A stretch of 64,000 nucleotides of DNA from Phoronis australis (GCA_002633005.1 NMRA01000115.1:575247-639246), one strand, 5' to 3'. Positions 1 through 12,609 are shown, counted from the stretch's first letter. A program made the numbers and translations. The notes: generated from the sequence alone by a model not told the origin.

Positions 1-100
1 CCGGGCACCGGGACTGCGATCGACTTGTCTAACAACCGTGAACAGAACACACAAAATGAAAGACAATGTATCATATTATTGAATAACAGATAATCCTTAC

Positions 101-198
101 CTTTCTGGATCCTTAGGAAACCTACAAAATGACACGTGTGGGGTTTTCGTGGATCAATTCATGCAATTTATCGCACTGCAAAATGCGTCCGTCCCCAT
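101..198 (-). pseudogene. THAP-domain first exon with premature stop (decayed THAP gene or transposase)
   Basis: Minus strand from ATG at 198 reads MGTDAFCSAINCMN*STKTPHVSFCRFPKDPE(R), followed by a GTAAG donor (100-96). The C-x4-C and SFxRFPKD motifs are typical of the THAP N-terminus. TGA at 156-154. Confidence 0.75.
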
Positions 199-558
199 TG
201 TTTTGGCGCTTCCTGGTTGACCGTAGCTTGTTCACCACTTGGCGGCGCTAGTAGTAGCGGTAACAGCGAACCCACAAGTGAACTCTCCTATACTACTACA
301 CTCCTTGGTTCAATCATGCAACGTAAATGTTCTACATCCTCGACCATTCATTCCAGGATGGGTCTATTCCCAACAAAAGGGCCCTATCCTTTTCCAACTA
401 CAAACATTTGTAGAAAAGTTTTATCTATATTTCCACAACATTGTTTCCAAGACATCGACTCATTTTCAACACCATCACATTTCTACATGCATTGTTTCAG
501 GGTTGACTACAACTGGTACAAAAGCCAATAAAGGGTTCCTTCACACGTGGATTCCTTT

Positions 559-820
559 CAGAGGCAGATATACAGGGGGGGTTCAGGGGGTTGACCCCCC
601 CCCTCGGGACAGGATCAAAAATAAAAATTGAAAAAAATCCCCAGAAAAACGAAATTAGCTACTAAAACCACTCTCAAAATGGGTGAGATTCATAATATTA
701 GCTGCACCCCGTCAAAGGACGAGTTCCCCCGGATGATATTGAAAGCTTCGGCGGTATTCGCCCCCCGGCCCGACCTCAAAACCTCATGATTTGTATGGCC
801 CGCATGTTTATGTACCGCTG
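559..820. mobile_element. Degenerate MITE with G/C-run ends (CAGAGGC...CCGCTG)
   Basis: CAG...CTG ends with poly-G/poly-C subterminal blocks, similar in style to 14226-14549; no clear TSD. Confidence 0.4.
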
Positions 821-1619
821 GCTGAATTCACTCTATCAGCGTGTTTTATTGTCATTGGTTGTTGCTGATGATGAGAATATGTATACAGGTCGTTTGTGTT
901 TAGTGTGCCGGTCGAGAAAAGAACGACACGGAATATTTCACCACGGTCGCAAACTGAAGAGAGTCTTTCCTGTTCAGATTGTGGTTTCGATTTCTGTTGT
1001 AGTTTCAGAATTGGTGAATGTCACATAATTCGGTACAAAGCGGAAATGGCATTGACAACAGACAGGAAATTTTAGCAAGATTTCATAATCGTGCGTCCCT
1101 TTGTTATGACGTTCATTTCATAAATCCCCATCCAACCACGCCGTGAAATGTTTTGAAGAAGGAAGATAACGCCGTGGGAAATCTCCCTAATGCGAGAAAT
1201 GACCTTTCTCTGTTTGCACGTCAACGAATTTTATTGACATTTCACTCCCTCTAAGATTAGACAAGAAGACACGACCATAAAGTGTAGGATTTAGCCAACG
1301 ACGTGTTGTTTTTACAATCATCGTCAATAAAAGAAATTTCAAATTCATCCAAACTGTTCAACCAATTGTTCACGAAGGTGTGTATGTGCTTCAGTCGATC
1401 CAAGCACGGATACCAAGCAAAATGATTTCTGGTAATCCACGATTACTGTAACTTCAATGGTTTTATTAGCTGTGCAACAGGTAGACGGCTGTTCATAATC
1501 CAGGTGCGTGTAAGCTCTTTGTTCGACAAATTTTGAGACAAAATTTAATAATAAGCCATCATTATATTTTGGCACAGTTCTTAATGTATTACCGTGTTGT
1601 TCACAGAAATAACTTCGCT

Positions 1620-2470
1620 AATTTGTTCTGACAGTTAATTGCTAAGTTAGCCAGACATGACCTTTGCTCCCCAGCGATGTATTGGACTCTTCCTAAATCC
1701 ACAATCCCTTGACCACGTGGCTTTATGTCACGCTCCAAAATACTACAGGCGTGTTTGACGAGTTGGCCGCAGCTGTCAGCGTTACCACGTTTTTGGCCAT
1801 AAACCGGCGAATTTGAGCCACTAAAGCCAAGATACTACTTTAGTCTTTGTGAGAACACAGCCGCAATTGTGACACCAAAGTATGAAATCAAAACGAGGTA
1901 AGATTTGCGAAATTTTAATGAAAATGTGTTTGACATTTAGTTATGACATTTATATGACAGTTCATCGTATGGCGAAATGCTGTCATTTATCGTGACCGAG
2001 AATCAGTTGATGAGGTCGTTTGTTATTTTAAACGACCGTTAGGACATTTCTGATGCATAACTTCCTTGTTGCAATTTGGTGATAACCAGTTTCGTGCCGT
2101 GGTGCTGAAATTGAATATGCTTTGACATATGTCATGGGCACGCACGGGGATAGAATGAAACTGCACTGTTTCATAAACAAAGTAGGTGCTTACTTACGTC
2201 GAAACGAAACCTTTGTTAACATTGGACATTTGTGTGATTACTCTAGGCCACGTGAATGTTTAAATGGTTCACTACTGCGCTTCAGACTTACAACAAATAT
2301 TAACCCTGGCATTAACGTACGATTCAGCGGCTGCGTGGTCACCTTTCACAGAGCCGGTGAGACACAAAGACCCGCATGTCATTGTTAATGTACAAATCCT
2401 GAGGGTTCGGCACTGAGTAATCTACACACGCTTTTTATGCGTGTCATTCATAACCGGCGATTTGTCATGC
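1620..2470. promoter_or_regulatory. TGIF promoter/first-intron region with a dense TGACA/TGTCA cluster
   Basis: 13 TGACA/TGTCA sites near 1629, 1726, 1774, 1870, 1931, 1944, 1955, 1981, 2123, 2130, 2377, 2442 and 2463, surrounding the first coding exon. Includes the palindrome TGACATATGTCA at 2123-2134. Confidence 0.55.
1882..1897 (+). CDS. TGIF: TGIF homeobox protein, first coding micro-exon (MKSKR-G)
   Basis: ATG AAA TCA AAA CGA G|GTAAG. The phase-1 donor matches the phase-1 acceptor at 11683/11684, and the peptide resembles the vertebrate TGIF1 start MKGKKG. Confidence 0.7.
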
Positions 2471-3766
2471 GTTCCGACTGAAGCCTGTTTCATTTGCATT
2501 CAACCACCATTGCATTACCATTCTACCGGTGTGTGAACGGCGAGGGGAAAGTCGTCTAAGATTGGTCAGCTGAATCTATGGCCATTTACATTGGCTTATA
2601 TTCTACACTAATTATAGAAGCTTTCATGACCGACCAGACTAATTGATTCGTATTTTGACACAGCTGCTGATCTCGCGAGTATTGATCCCAAGCATGCGTC
2701 CCAACCAATCTGTCGCAGCTGTCTTGGTTTGTGTATTGGTCTCTTACATTGTCGCACTTGTTGTTATAAGGCAGTTAATTTTTTTGTTTCTGGAACTGGT
2801 GTGTCTCCCTTCGAACAATAGACTAAGGACGGACCACGACCCTAGTGGCGTCTAATACGCCCGCTGAGAGGACATGCGTTATAACAGAAACGAGACGTGG
2901 GAGTGTTTGCTGATGTATGTTCAGACCTCAGCTATAACTGATTAGCATGCAGAGACATTTGTTATCGTCTCAATATGCCAATGGGTCGTGTGATTTAAAT
3001 CAAACATGAGAAAGCAAATTCCCCACACGAGAAAGGGTTCAACTGCTGCAAGATTAGAATTGTTCATTGCAGTTGAACGACCTGTGTGTACATCTTAAGT
3101 CTAAATACGTGAAATGACACTTATTTAAAAGTTGCATTTATGTATCTGAGATTTTCCTGACTCCGGCTCTTCACTACGAGAAAGTCACGTGTCTGATTTG
3201 CTGTGAACCTGTTGGGCTTCCGAACGATCGTTATGTCGACCAGTCATCAGCCCAAAATAGCCCGCGCTGAGTTATGAGGGTATGCCTCGCCGCTCCTCTG
3301 AAACTGTGACCCTTCAATATAGCCATATCGCACCCAAGCAAACAACACGCGGTCTACGGCCGTCGGCTCTGTTGATATGCATGTTCCCTGGCCCTCACGT
3401 TTCGCATATCGACCAGTCATGACTGGATGAAACGACCAAAGCAGTAATTTGACCTTGTAAAACTTATAACACCTTCTATTGTTCCCGTACCTTTTCACCT
3501 TCTTATACCATTGCGAGCAAAATCGTCGGTCAGTGGCTTTGTTTTGAAATATCGAATGTATACCCTGGTATGAGTGTAAAAGGTAGTGGATTTGCAGTTT
3601 TTCTGCTGGGTTGTCATGTGGTTATTGCTAAAGATCACGTGCCGATCTATTTCTGAACTTTGGTGTGGTGTAAACACAGTGATGTGATTTTATGTCCTTC
3701 GTGTGCTACTGTCTCACGCGTAGCATGTACACCCTGTATTTTCAGACTCTCACATGCATAATAACC

Positions 3767-4572
3767 CAGTGTTCTCCACGGCCTGTTTTAACTCGACGCT
3801 GTAACGAGTTTGGATTTTGCAGCGTCGAGTTTGGAAAATGCGCGTCGAGTTTAGAAAGTGCTGCGTCAGGTTTGAACTTTTGTCCAGGCTTGGTATTTCA
3901 GCCCTCAACCCTAAAGCAGTGCCTGATTAACCAACATCAAGCCCAATACAGAACTTTAGAGGCAGTCAACACTATATGTATAACTTCGTAAGACACTACA
4001 AAAGTTTAAATTATAATTAACAAAATCTGCAAAAAACTTTAAATAACAAACATTTCATGGAGTCACCTAGCTTGCTTAATTGAATGACTAATCTACTTAG
4101 TCATTCTAACTTTAAAATTTTGCAAGTCAACCTATAAAAAAGCAATTTAATTTGCTTAATAAAGACAATTTTGATTTTGACTGACATCTAGTGGCAAGTT
4201 AGAGAACTTTATGAGCTTATTAAACTTGACAACAGGTGTCACTAAAAACTAGGTCACTTCAGAACTCATGTTAGTAGTACTTAATATGTCTAATTGATAT
4301 TAAAATCGGCATTGGTATTATTAAAGGAACTTTTGATCTTTTGTTTGCTGCTCTTGGTCTGTCAAATGCTTTGGAGAAATTATGAGATGCATTGGTAGGA
4401 AAGCTAAACTTTGAAGTGTCTAAGAAGTAGGTCACACCAGTGCAGTGTGCAGTTTTAAACCATATATAAATACCTCCAGCATGACCATGGTTATGGGTAG
4501 ACACAAAACAATGTCAATAACTGACATTCAACATTTGCGTCGAGTTTGGAATTTATAATGTGGAGAACACTG
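3767..4572. mobile_element. Non-autonomous DNA transposon with 13-bp TIRs and a 7-bp TSD
   Basis: CAGTGTTCTCCAC...GTGGAGAACACTG flanked by AATAACC on both sides (3760-3766, 4573-4579); subterminal GCGTCGAGTTT repeats. Confidence 0.85.
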
Positions 4573-5399
4573 AATAACCTTTTCAGTCCTTTTTGTCGCA
4601 ATCATGAGAAAACGGGAAACCCTCTGCGACTTCAATCCGATCCACTTTACCACGTTGCAATGCTAATTAGCAGAACATTTTCACCTTGTTTGTTCAGCAT
4701 CGTCATACGCGAGCGTCGTTATGTTTATCCGGGGGTAATTAATTACAATTAATTTCACTTTTGTTTGCTTACTATGTTTTATCTCGGTTCTAGCGATTCA
4801 ACCGGCGGAAAACAAATGGTTTGTCGAACACAGAAACGAAATGATACACATTTCCATATCATGATCCTCTTAAACACACTTCATCCGATTACGGATATTT
4901 TCAAGTCATGCAATCTCGGGGACGCGTTTTTAAACTGATTAATTGAAATATTTAGTGCCGTTTAGCGTTGATATAGTGTTCATTGCAGTTGTGCCACAGG
5001 CGGTTCAATCGATGATTATGACATTTGTGTTTCCCGAAAATGGAGATGACGTATTTGGCACCTTTCAAAAAATATCTGGGGCTCGTTTCTCGGAGAGATT
5101 TTTGTCTTGACTTTAGCCAAAAGTCTGCGAATAACCAAAAGCTGAATTTTTGTCGAAAGGTTTTGGCTTATGTCTTGTCAAGCAGACAACGGATTTCTGT
5201 CTCTTGAGTTCGAGCGCCTGATTTTAGAGAAAACACAACAAAACTGCCTTTTGACTTTTGGATGTAAAAAGCCGAAATAAAAGACAAAAAATCAACTGCT
5301 TGGCAACAAACCCTCTTCGAGAAACAGGCCCCTGTAGAGCATTCCGTAGACATGCTTCCCACACAGAAAAGCAAGATCTCGCAAAATCACGCGAGTGTT

Positions 5400-5480
5400 C
5401 AGCGAGTTTGCTAGGGAGCTTACTGATGTAACCTAGCAAAATGGCGGACGCTGAAGTGTTTGGTCGTTGAGGTTAGAATG
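5400..5480 (+). promoter_or_regulatory. Candidate alternative promoter/5' exon inside TGIF intron 1
   Basis: YY1-like AAAATGGCGG at ~5438-5447 in a CpG-rich context, with a possible donor GAG|GTTAG at ~5471. Confidence 0.3.
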
Positions 5481-6764
5481 TTGAGTAACAGGATTCAATT
5501 TATGACTTCTGCGCTATAATTTCTTTTTTCCGTTAAATGACTTATTTTTTGTTGTAAGTGCTCGCTAAATAAATGTATCGTGTCGTCGGAACGCATCTCT
5601 GACCTGTGTTTCGTACACCAAAAGAATCGTGGAAAGGCACGACTTCGAGATATCGCCATGCGTCAGAAACGAACCATGTGATCACACTAACTTTACTAAC
5701 GTAATTCTTGCGTGTTCAGAATGCAGCCTGGGTTTCTTTGCAATTTCATTTCTAAAGGTTCATTTACCTTTTAGTTTCCATCGTCTTCCTACATTATGTA
5801 TTTTTTCGTAATTGTTTAGCATTTCGTTACAGTTGCCCGTTATGCTCAGGGTGGTTTCCTTCATTTGCAATTATACTTTTAATCAATTCCGTGACTCTCA
5901 GCAGGGCACGTGCTAAAACATCTGCGATATGAGAATAGTTGTGGAGAAATGGGAGAGAACGCGTTTGTGCGCGGTTTTTGTTTCACATTTTTTACTCGAG
6001 TGTTTTCTTTACGAATCATAACACCTTTAGACTGTAGGATGTCAATGATTTCGGACCCAACTAGTGATAGGTATTGCGCTGTAACATAACCGCGGTTAAG
6101 TTGTGTGGTTTCAAGTACTTCGCTCTATCTTCCTGTGTAGAAAACCACTCGAGTCGAATTCTATGTTTGCCAGGAATGTCTTACAAAACGTAGTCATGAA
6201 GTGAGCTTCGTGTGATATTACGTTGGAGGAGGTATTTCAGAGCTATTTTGGATACACTTGTGAGCAGATATGCGTTTGAAATTACCAGAATCGTTGGCTC
6301 GCTAATGTATTATTAGACTATTCACCTTGTTTTTCATCCATTTGACAGCCTTGTACCGCATGGACTTGAAACTGTAACCTATCCAACCTATCGGACAATC
6401 ACGCGAGTGGCGTCCATTTTGCAAGTGTACTTGAGTTAACCACTGGCGTGATTTTCTGTGGTCTTGCGTGATCTCGCTTTCCGCTTGATAAACATAACAT
6501 GCCCCGGTTTCGGAACGCAGTCATGAATATCGTCATTTCTAGACATTCGGCCTATCTTGTTCTGTTTTTCTTCGTGTTTTCGAAACGGCACATCCCGAGT
6601 TTGTGATATGCGGATACATAAGTTTGTTTCGACTGTCTGGGGTGAGAAAGAGGCTTCCGTTCAGGCAACTGCGCACGTGCAGACTAGAGTAAATGTCGAG
6701 AGTAAACAATCCAGTGTGTTAATGGGCTATACGAACTTGTGTTTTGTCCAGTGGTTTTGGTCAG

Positions 6765-7928
6765 GTAAGGTCACTCGAGCTCTTGAAATTGGGGTCGAAC
6801 ATTGTCCCCATTCCCTTCTCAAAAATATTTAAAAATCGCCCAAAATTCCCCTCACCAGGTCAAAAATTCGTCTCTGAACGATCAGAAATTCCCCTCGTTT
6901 TTTAACCTCAAACAATATTTAAAGTATCGTATTCAAACCCAATGATTTTAATCACGATGCTGTCAGACTAAGGAAACGTCACAAACTGGTTTCCTTATGA
7001 AGCAAGTGCAACATACTGGAGTGCTAGAACCAGTTTTGCACTGTTTCACTCTTTCGTGTTGAAAACACAAAACTTCCGTTCGCCTGTGCCTCAAAATGGA
7101 ATAATAACAAGTTCTACAAGAGAAGAATAACGAAAACCCATTCGACGGTGCATAGAAACGCGCAAGAAAGTGTCCTCCTCTCAGAAGCAGTCTCAAGCAG
7201 ACCACGTTTGAACAGCCAGGGCAACAGAATTATTCACTGACATTGTGGTCAAAAGTCAATCACAGTCACATTTAAGTCATAAGAACAGTTAATTCACTGT
7301 GGTGGAAGGACTGAATAGTCAAATTTGAGGTTTTTGTTTGTGAGAAATTAAAAAAAATGTTGAGCTGAATCCATTCATTATTGTGCCAGTAACGTGAATT
7401 ATGTAGGGGGGTCCATTCCTTACAAACATTGTTTAACTCACTTTGTCTTCAAGGTGTTAGTAGTGGTAGCTTATTTATTCCCTAATTTTGAAACTAACTT
7501 TCCCCCGATGGATATTTACTAACAACTCCATACTAATGTGTTTGTGCGAAAATGAACCATAGTGTTGGTATTGCCTCTATAAGTCAAGGTGCGTCATAAC
7601 GGTATTACATCGCACGTGGACGCCGAAGGCGCAGCTAGGCCAATGTATCTCTTATATGACAACAGGTCGTCTTAGCTCCCCTATGTTACAAATGGTGGAT
7701 ATAACAGCGACTTACTTTTTATTGTTTAACTTACTTTATTGCTTATTTGTTAAAACATAAAAGAGTATTGTCATAAAAAGCAGTGTTAGTACACTAATCA
7801 AATAAACTTCAAAAACTCTGCTCTAAGTAAAAAATGATGCGAAAATTCCTCTCTTAGTAAAAAACGACGCGAAAATTCCTCTTTTAAAATGTACAAGCAC
7901 ATTTACCCTCAGGTGAGCAAGAGCCCTT
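6765..7928. mobile_element. Probable non-autonomous DNA transposon with AAATTCCCCT subterminal repeats
   Basis: AAATTCC(C/T)CT motifs repeated near both ends (6843-6897, 7842-7910) and a 30-bp tandem duplication at ~7826-7884; termini degenerate. Confidence 0.35.
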
Positions 7929-8563
7929 ATAACTGGTGACGAAAGTGCATATTTCGGTTGTGGCTTCCCATTTAGCAGGCATCGGCGTTTACCAGTCGAA
8001 AAAGACTGGTTACTTCCCTGTTGAATTTTGTACTTGCTTTGTATGATCCGATGATATTGTATCAGTCGGTGAATACTTCAATTTCAACGCTCGCCCGTGG
8101 TCGCGATCACAATTGTCGGTAATTCAACGTTGAAAGTATACCGTTATCTGGACTAGCTCCTAGCGGCTACATTGTATCCTGGATCATAATAAGCTGTAAA
8201 AATGACGAAGTTAGCTACGAAGTTCGGCCTTCCCTACTAGAAACGGGTTGGTCCCCTCTACAAGAATAGTAGTTTTCTTTTAATTCCAGGTTGATGTTCG
8301 CCCGGTAACCTCGCAGTTACTATACTGGTGTTAGGTCGTAGTAAATGCATAGCACTGATATACGCTTTGTCGTATAGTCTGTACACTTTTCTTCTCATTA
8401 TATACATGTAGGAGACTTGATAATAGTTCCCTAAATACAGAAAAATGGAAAAATACCAAACAATGTTCTAATGTATTCTCTACATTTTAATGCGAAAGAA
8501 GCGACGTCTATCGGGCTAGTCAACTCACGTGATTTTCCAAATAAAGTCAATACAGTCTGGAAG

Positions 8564-8638
8564 CTCGCTGGTTCCCTGCGTGCCGCTGGGTGGTCGATAG
8601 CCAGCACGCGCTGGCTAGGCACGTAGGGAACCAGCGAG
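8564..8638. mobile_element. 75-bp micro-MITE with 21-bp TIRs and a 9-bp TSD
   Basis: CTCGCTGGTTCCCTGCGTGCC...GGCACGTAGGGAACCAGCGAG flanked by a perfect GTCTGGAAG duplication (8555-8563, 8639-8647). Confidence 0.85.
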
Positions 8639-10643
8639 GTCTGGAAGTTGCTTACACGAAGCGTGCTTGCGACTGGAACGAGACTAACCGTTGCGGCGAA
8701 TCATGTCCAGGTTAAGTTTGCCAACTTTCGTGTATCACGTGAAAAGAATAATTGTGTTTCTTGGTTATTGTCATTGTTTGTTATGTGACTGAGAGCATGG
8801 GTTTCATTATGTTTAAAAACAAGTTAACGCATGTGCATTTGAGATTACGACCTTGTGTCCATTTGCTCCAAGCTCCCGCGTTTAGTGCGAACTATTGGGT
8901 ACATGCGAGACAAGTTGTACGTGATGAGTACCTGCCGCCATGCCCGCCGGCCAGGGACAATGGTCCCGGAGATGTCTATGAAACTATTAAATGTTTCACC
9001 TGCCGCTTCACGCCATACCGTGTAATTAATATCGTATTCTGATTAAACGAAACATATCGATTTGAAGTAACAACTTGGAAATAATGTGAATAGAGCTTGG
9101 CTTTGTTGTAATAGGACGCTATTAGATGATGATGTCAACATGTCTTTCGTTGAATCGAATATGATTTTTCACCAAATTTTCGATATATTAGTCGCATGAA
9201 GACAACTTGCGTAATGTAATTCGAAAAACTGTATGGGACAACGGTCAACGTTATCTAGTAACAGTCTCATTTGCTATGCTGATCTAAGAAATGTTAATGG
9301 TCGCTGGTGAGCTGGTGTCCTTCGAACTAACTTAAAGGTGCCCTTGGCTGGCCTAGCTATGTTGATAAACGATCTTGTTGGCAGACAAAACACTGTGAGA
9401 ATCGTCAGCAAGTCAACTCAAGCTCCTGTTTTTGCATGCAAGTTAGCGAGTTTGTTTTTATCAAATTGCCCCTGCTCGTGTTCGTTTTGGCGACTCCTGT
9501 TGGACGGGAGATGGCACTGGGCCGCGTTCTTGTTTGTGATTATGACAAGAATCCAACCCCATAACCATGTTGTACAGAAAGTAATTGGTAGTGGTATTCG
9601 TGACCACTTTTGGTGTCAGTACACCCGTGAAATGTACGCCAGGGTTGCAGTGTGCTACAGTCGGATCTTCCACATGAAAATCAAGTCGAGGTCCAATAGT
9701 CAAGGGTTATTCTTTGATCGTTGTCGATTCGACTTTGTAAGCAAACGTCCCACTTCACTGTTGGTAAAGCTAATCCATTTACAAACGCGACGCCTCAGGT
9801 CAGATAAAAATAATCGCGATCCTAATACAATATGTCGTATCTCTCTCCTTAAGTATCGCCGATAAATAAGACGTGACATCCAGAACAATGACACGATTGT
9901 CGGATTCCGTGATTTAAACGTACACGCCGTGTCGTAGGAAAGACGGGTTCCTTATCCGTGATTACCCAATGCTTGCTGCTTTTATGGTAACTTAGTAAAT
10001 TTTGAGATATCATTGCCACCATCATGTTAGACGAAGCCCACGTGTACAGTAGGGGCAGCTTTGACCTCAGGGTGTTCTTCGAAATTTGTTGGACGCTTCT
10101 TTCGTGTAAAACGTGTTTTGTTTTGTTTTGTTTTTTGTTTCTTGGTGTCTGGGTTTCAGAGGCCCGTGTCTGTAAAATTTTCCTATTTGGTAGAATTTAA
10201 TAATTCTTCTTTGCACAGTCACACCTTCCGGAAGTCGTGACGTAATTTAATGCTAACCAGTAACAGCGTGCGCTGTACGTGCCGTGTGTGTCGCGTGAAA
10301 TCCCATCGCGGGGACATTTATTAATGTTATGATTATCGGTTATCTGCTGATAAGACAGGGACTTCTCTCGCCTGCTTACCTAGTGCAATTATGTTGTGTT
10401 GTAATACCAGGTCTGGTTGTTATGTCTCATTATCGTAAGAATGATAACCCGTGTGATGTACATAAAAGTGCTCAGCTGTTGCACTCGATTAAGTTTAGAT
10501 ATTAATGAAGTCCAAAGAGTGATATTCTCTACGTATCAGAACTGAGATGACATTGACAATGACGTGCCGTAGTAATACTTGGCCCGAAGGTCGTGCGACT
10601 TGAGGCAGTTGAATAAACAGTTTTGTCGCGTCATCTGTGTCAT

Positions 10644-10753
10644 AGTCCTGCATCATCTGCTGGATGTTCTATGTATGATGATGACTATTAAAGTATCAGT
10701 CCTGCATCATCTGCTGGATGTTCTACGTGTGATGGTGACTATTAAAGTATCAG
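10644..10753. repeat. 54-bp tandem duplication
   Basis: AGTCCTGCATCATCTGCTGGATGTTCTA...ACTATTAAAGTATC present twice, starting at 10644 and 10698. Confidence 0.9.
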
Positions 10754-11229
10754 CTGTTGTCAACACTTTAACACTAATTCAAACATAAAGCATGTGACTT
10801 TTTGCGATTTAAAGATGCTGTGTCTCATTAAAACCGTGAATATTTGAATTTGTATCTATTAAGCCTGGTGACTTCCTGGAGAATAGTGTGTACAAGTATA
10901 ATCAGGAAACGAAACAATTTCTAAATAAATTGCCGTTTCTAAAGAAAACACTACAGCTGATACACTTAAAAGTACGTGTGAACATATAAAACTCCTAATA
11001 ATAATTCCAATCGTTATTTGATAATGAACTTAGTAATAAAAATTGTGCCTTGTTTCATTAGGGTAACAACAATGCTGCGGGGTTTCCCAGGGATTCCCCT
11101 GTCGTCCTAAGAAATGTGGATGAGAAATGTGCGCAAATATAACGGCTGTTCACTGTCTTACACAAAAGACGTGAGGTTCCAAATAAACCAAGTTACATGC
11201 CTTCTTTGTTTTCTTGGCCGGCAAAGATG

Positions 11230-11375
11230 TAGAGTTCAGTAACGCTAGGACCTACGCTAGAACTTCACTAAAGTGTAGCCAAAATAACGTGTTTTTATTT
11301 AAAATGCTCGGCAATATCTCGCGTAAACTTGCGGAAAATTGCTTTTTAGCGAGGTCCTAGCGTTATTGAACTCTA
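11230..11375. mobile_element. MITE family A (TAGAGTTCAGTAACGCTAGGACCT TIR), copy 1
   Basis: ~30-bp TIRs TAGAGTTCAGTAACGCTAGGACCTACGCTA / TAGCGAGGTCCTAGCGTTATTGAACTCTA; related copies at 21784 and 24219. Confidence 0.85.
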
Positions 11376-11683
11376 CCCGGGTCTTCGCCCGCCATGACGA
11401 AATATTACCATACTCGTTAACATATCCACTGCGAAAGTCATTGTCGTTGTTAAAAATTGGTCAAGTACTAATCTTCTCAGTTTAGGTGCCAAAATAGCAC
11501 AGTCCCCTTTCTTCTTTTCAGAATAGGCCTGCGTGAAATGCAGCAAGTTTCGACATTTTGCGGAAGGCGTAGCGTAGTTCACATTATGTGGACAGGTGCT
11601 TTAATACTGCTTACTGCTGGATGTGTTTATTTGTGGCTAATTCAGTTTGTATGATACACAACTCAATGATCCTCTTTTTTCAG

Positions 11684-12609
11684 GCACTGAGAAGGGTTAT
11701 CAGGAATGGAGCGGAGATGAGGACGACCAGGTAGACTCGCCGAATTACGACAAAAACGGCATGATTCGAGTTGGAAAGAAACGAAGAGGAAACCTTCCCA
11801 AAGATGCTGTTAAGGTTTTACGCCTTTGGTTGTACAATCATCGTTACAACGCCTATCCTAGCGACGAAGAGAAAGTGATTTTATCGCGTGACACAAATCT
11901 AACTGTTTTGCAAGTGTGCAACTGGTTCATAAACGCGCGTAGACGAATCCTGCCGGAAATGATTAAACGCGAGGGTCAGAATCCGCTACATTATACAATT
12001 TCGAGAAAGCAGAAGCGTTCTGATTCTGAAAGTAGCGACTGCTTTGAAACTAAGCGGCAGAAATCTAGCTACGATTCGTCGGGAGGAACTGGCGACGAAG
12101 ATTCCAGCCACGATGAGGAGAGCTTAGCAGACGACGAATCGTCAAACGGAAGTCCCTCCATTCCTCCAGATACGAATTGGTCTCGTGACTCACTGTCGAA
12201 GCGTCTGCTTCCGGAAGTTGAACGTCATTCCTTGAACGCTGTTGACACTGGCAGAACTGTATATCGTGACTACAGTTCGAAAACAGAAACAGATAATACA
12301 TATTTTGTCAATGCAAGCGATAAGGTTTCGTCGGTTGTCTACCCTACTCTGAGCGGTGCACTTGGCAGTCGCGACCTCTCGACCAACCCGAACTTTTATG
12401 CCCAAACCCAGTCATGGGGTAAGACCGATAATATGAATGCATGCGCAACCGACTTTAGTTGCTTTCAAATCCTTGTGGATGTAGCCATACAAGAGTTAGA
12501 AAAGGAGAAACGAAAAGAAAGGATGAGAAATTTAGAGATTTGGTCGCAGCACGGTTACCATGGATATCAGTGTTTACCGAAGTACGTGTCGATAAATCCT
12601 TCGTCATGA
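11684..12609 (+). CDS. TGIF: TGIF TALE-class homeobox protein, main coding exon (313 aa total with exon 1)
   Basis: [33 protein letters not shown]...[33 protein letters not shown] is a TGIF homeodomain with the AYP loop and the conserved C-terminal extension. [12 protein letters not shown] is the TGIF Sin3-interaction-like motif. Acceptor TTTTTTCAG ends at 11683; candidate AATAAA at 13954. Confidence 0.95.

Noticed and set aside
8700-8716. ATGTCCAG|GTTAAG as an alternative TGIF coding first exon
   Set aside because: The phase-2 donor is incompatible with the phase-1 acceptor at 11684.
9338-9865. 175-aa ORF in the TGIF intron
   Set aside because: GTG start, no recognisable motif, no supporting splice structure.
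11647-11683. ORF-track start for TGIF (TTG at 11647)
   Set aside because: Non-ATG start lying in a polypyrimidine tract ending in CAG; this is intron sequence.
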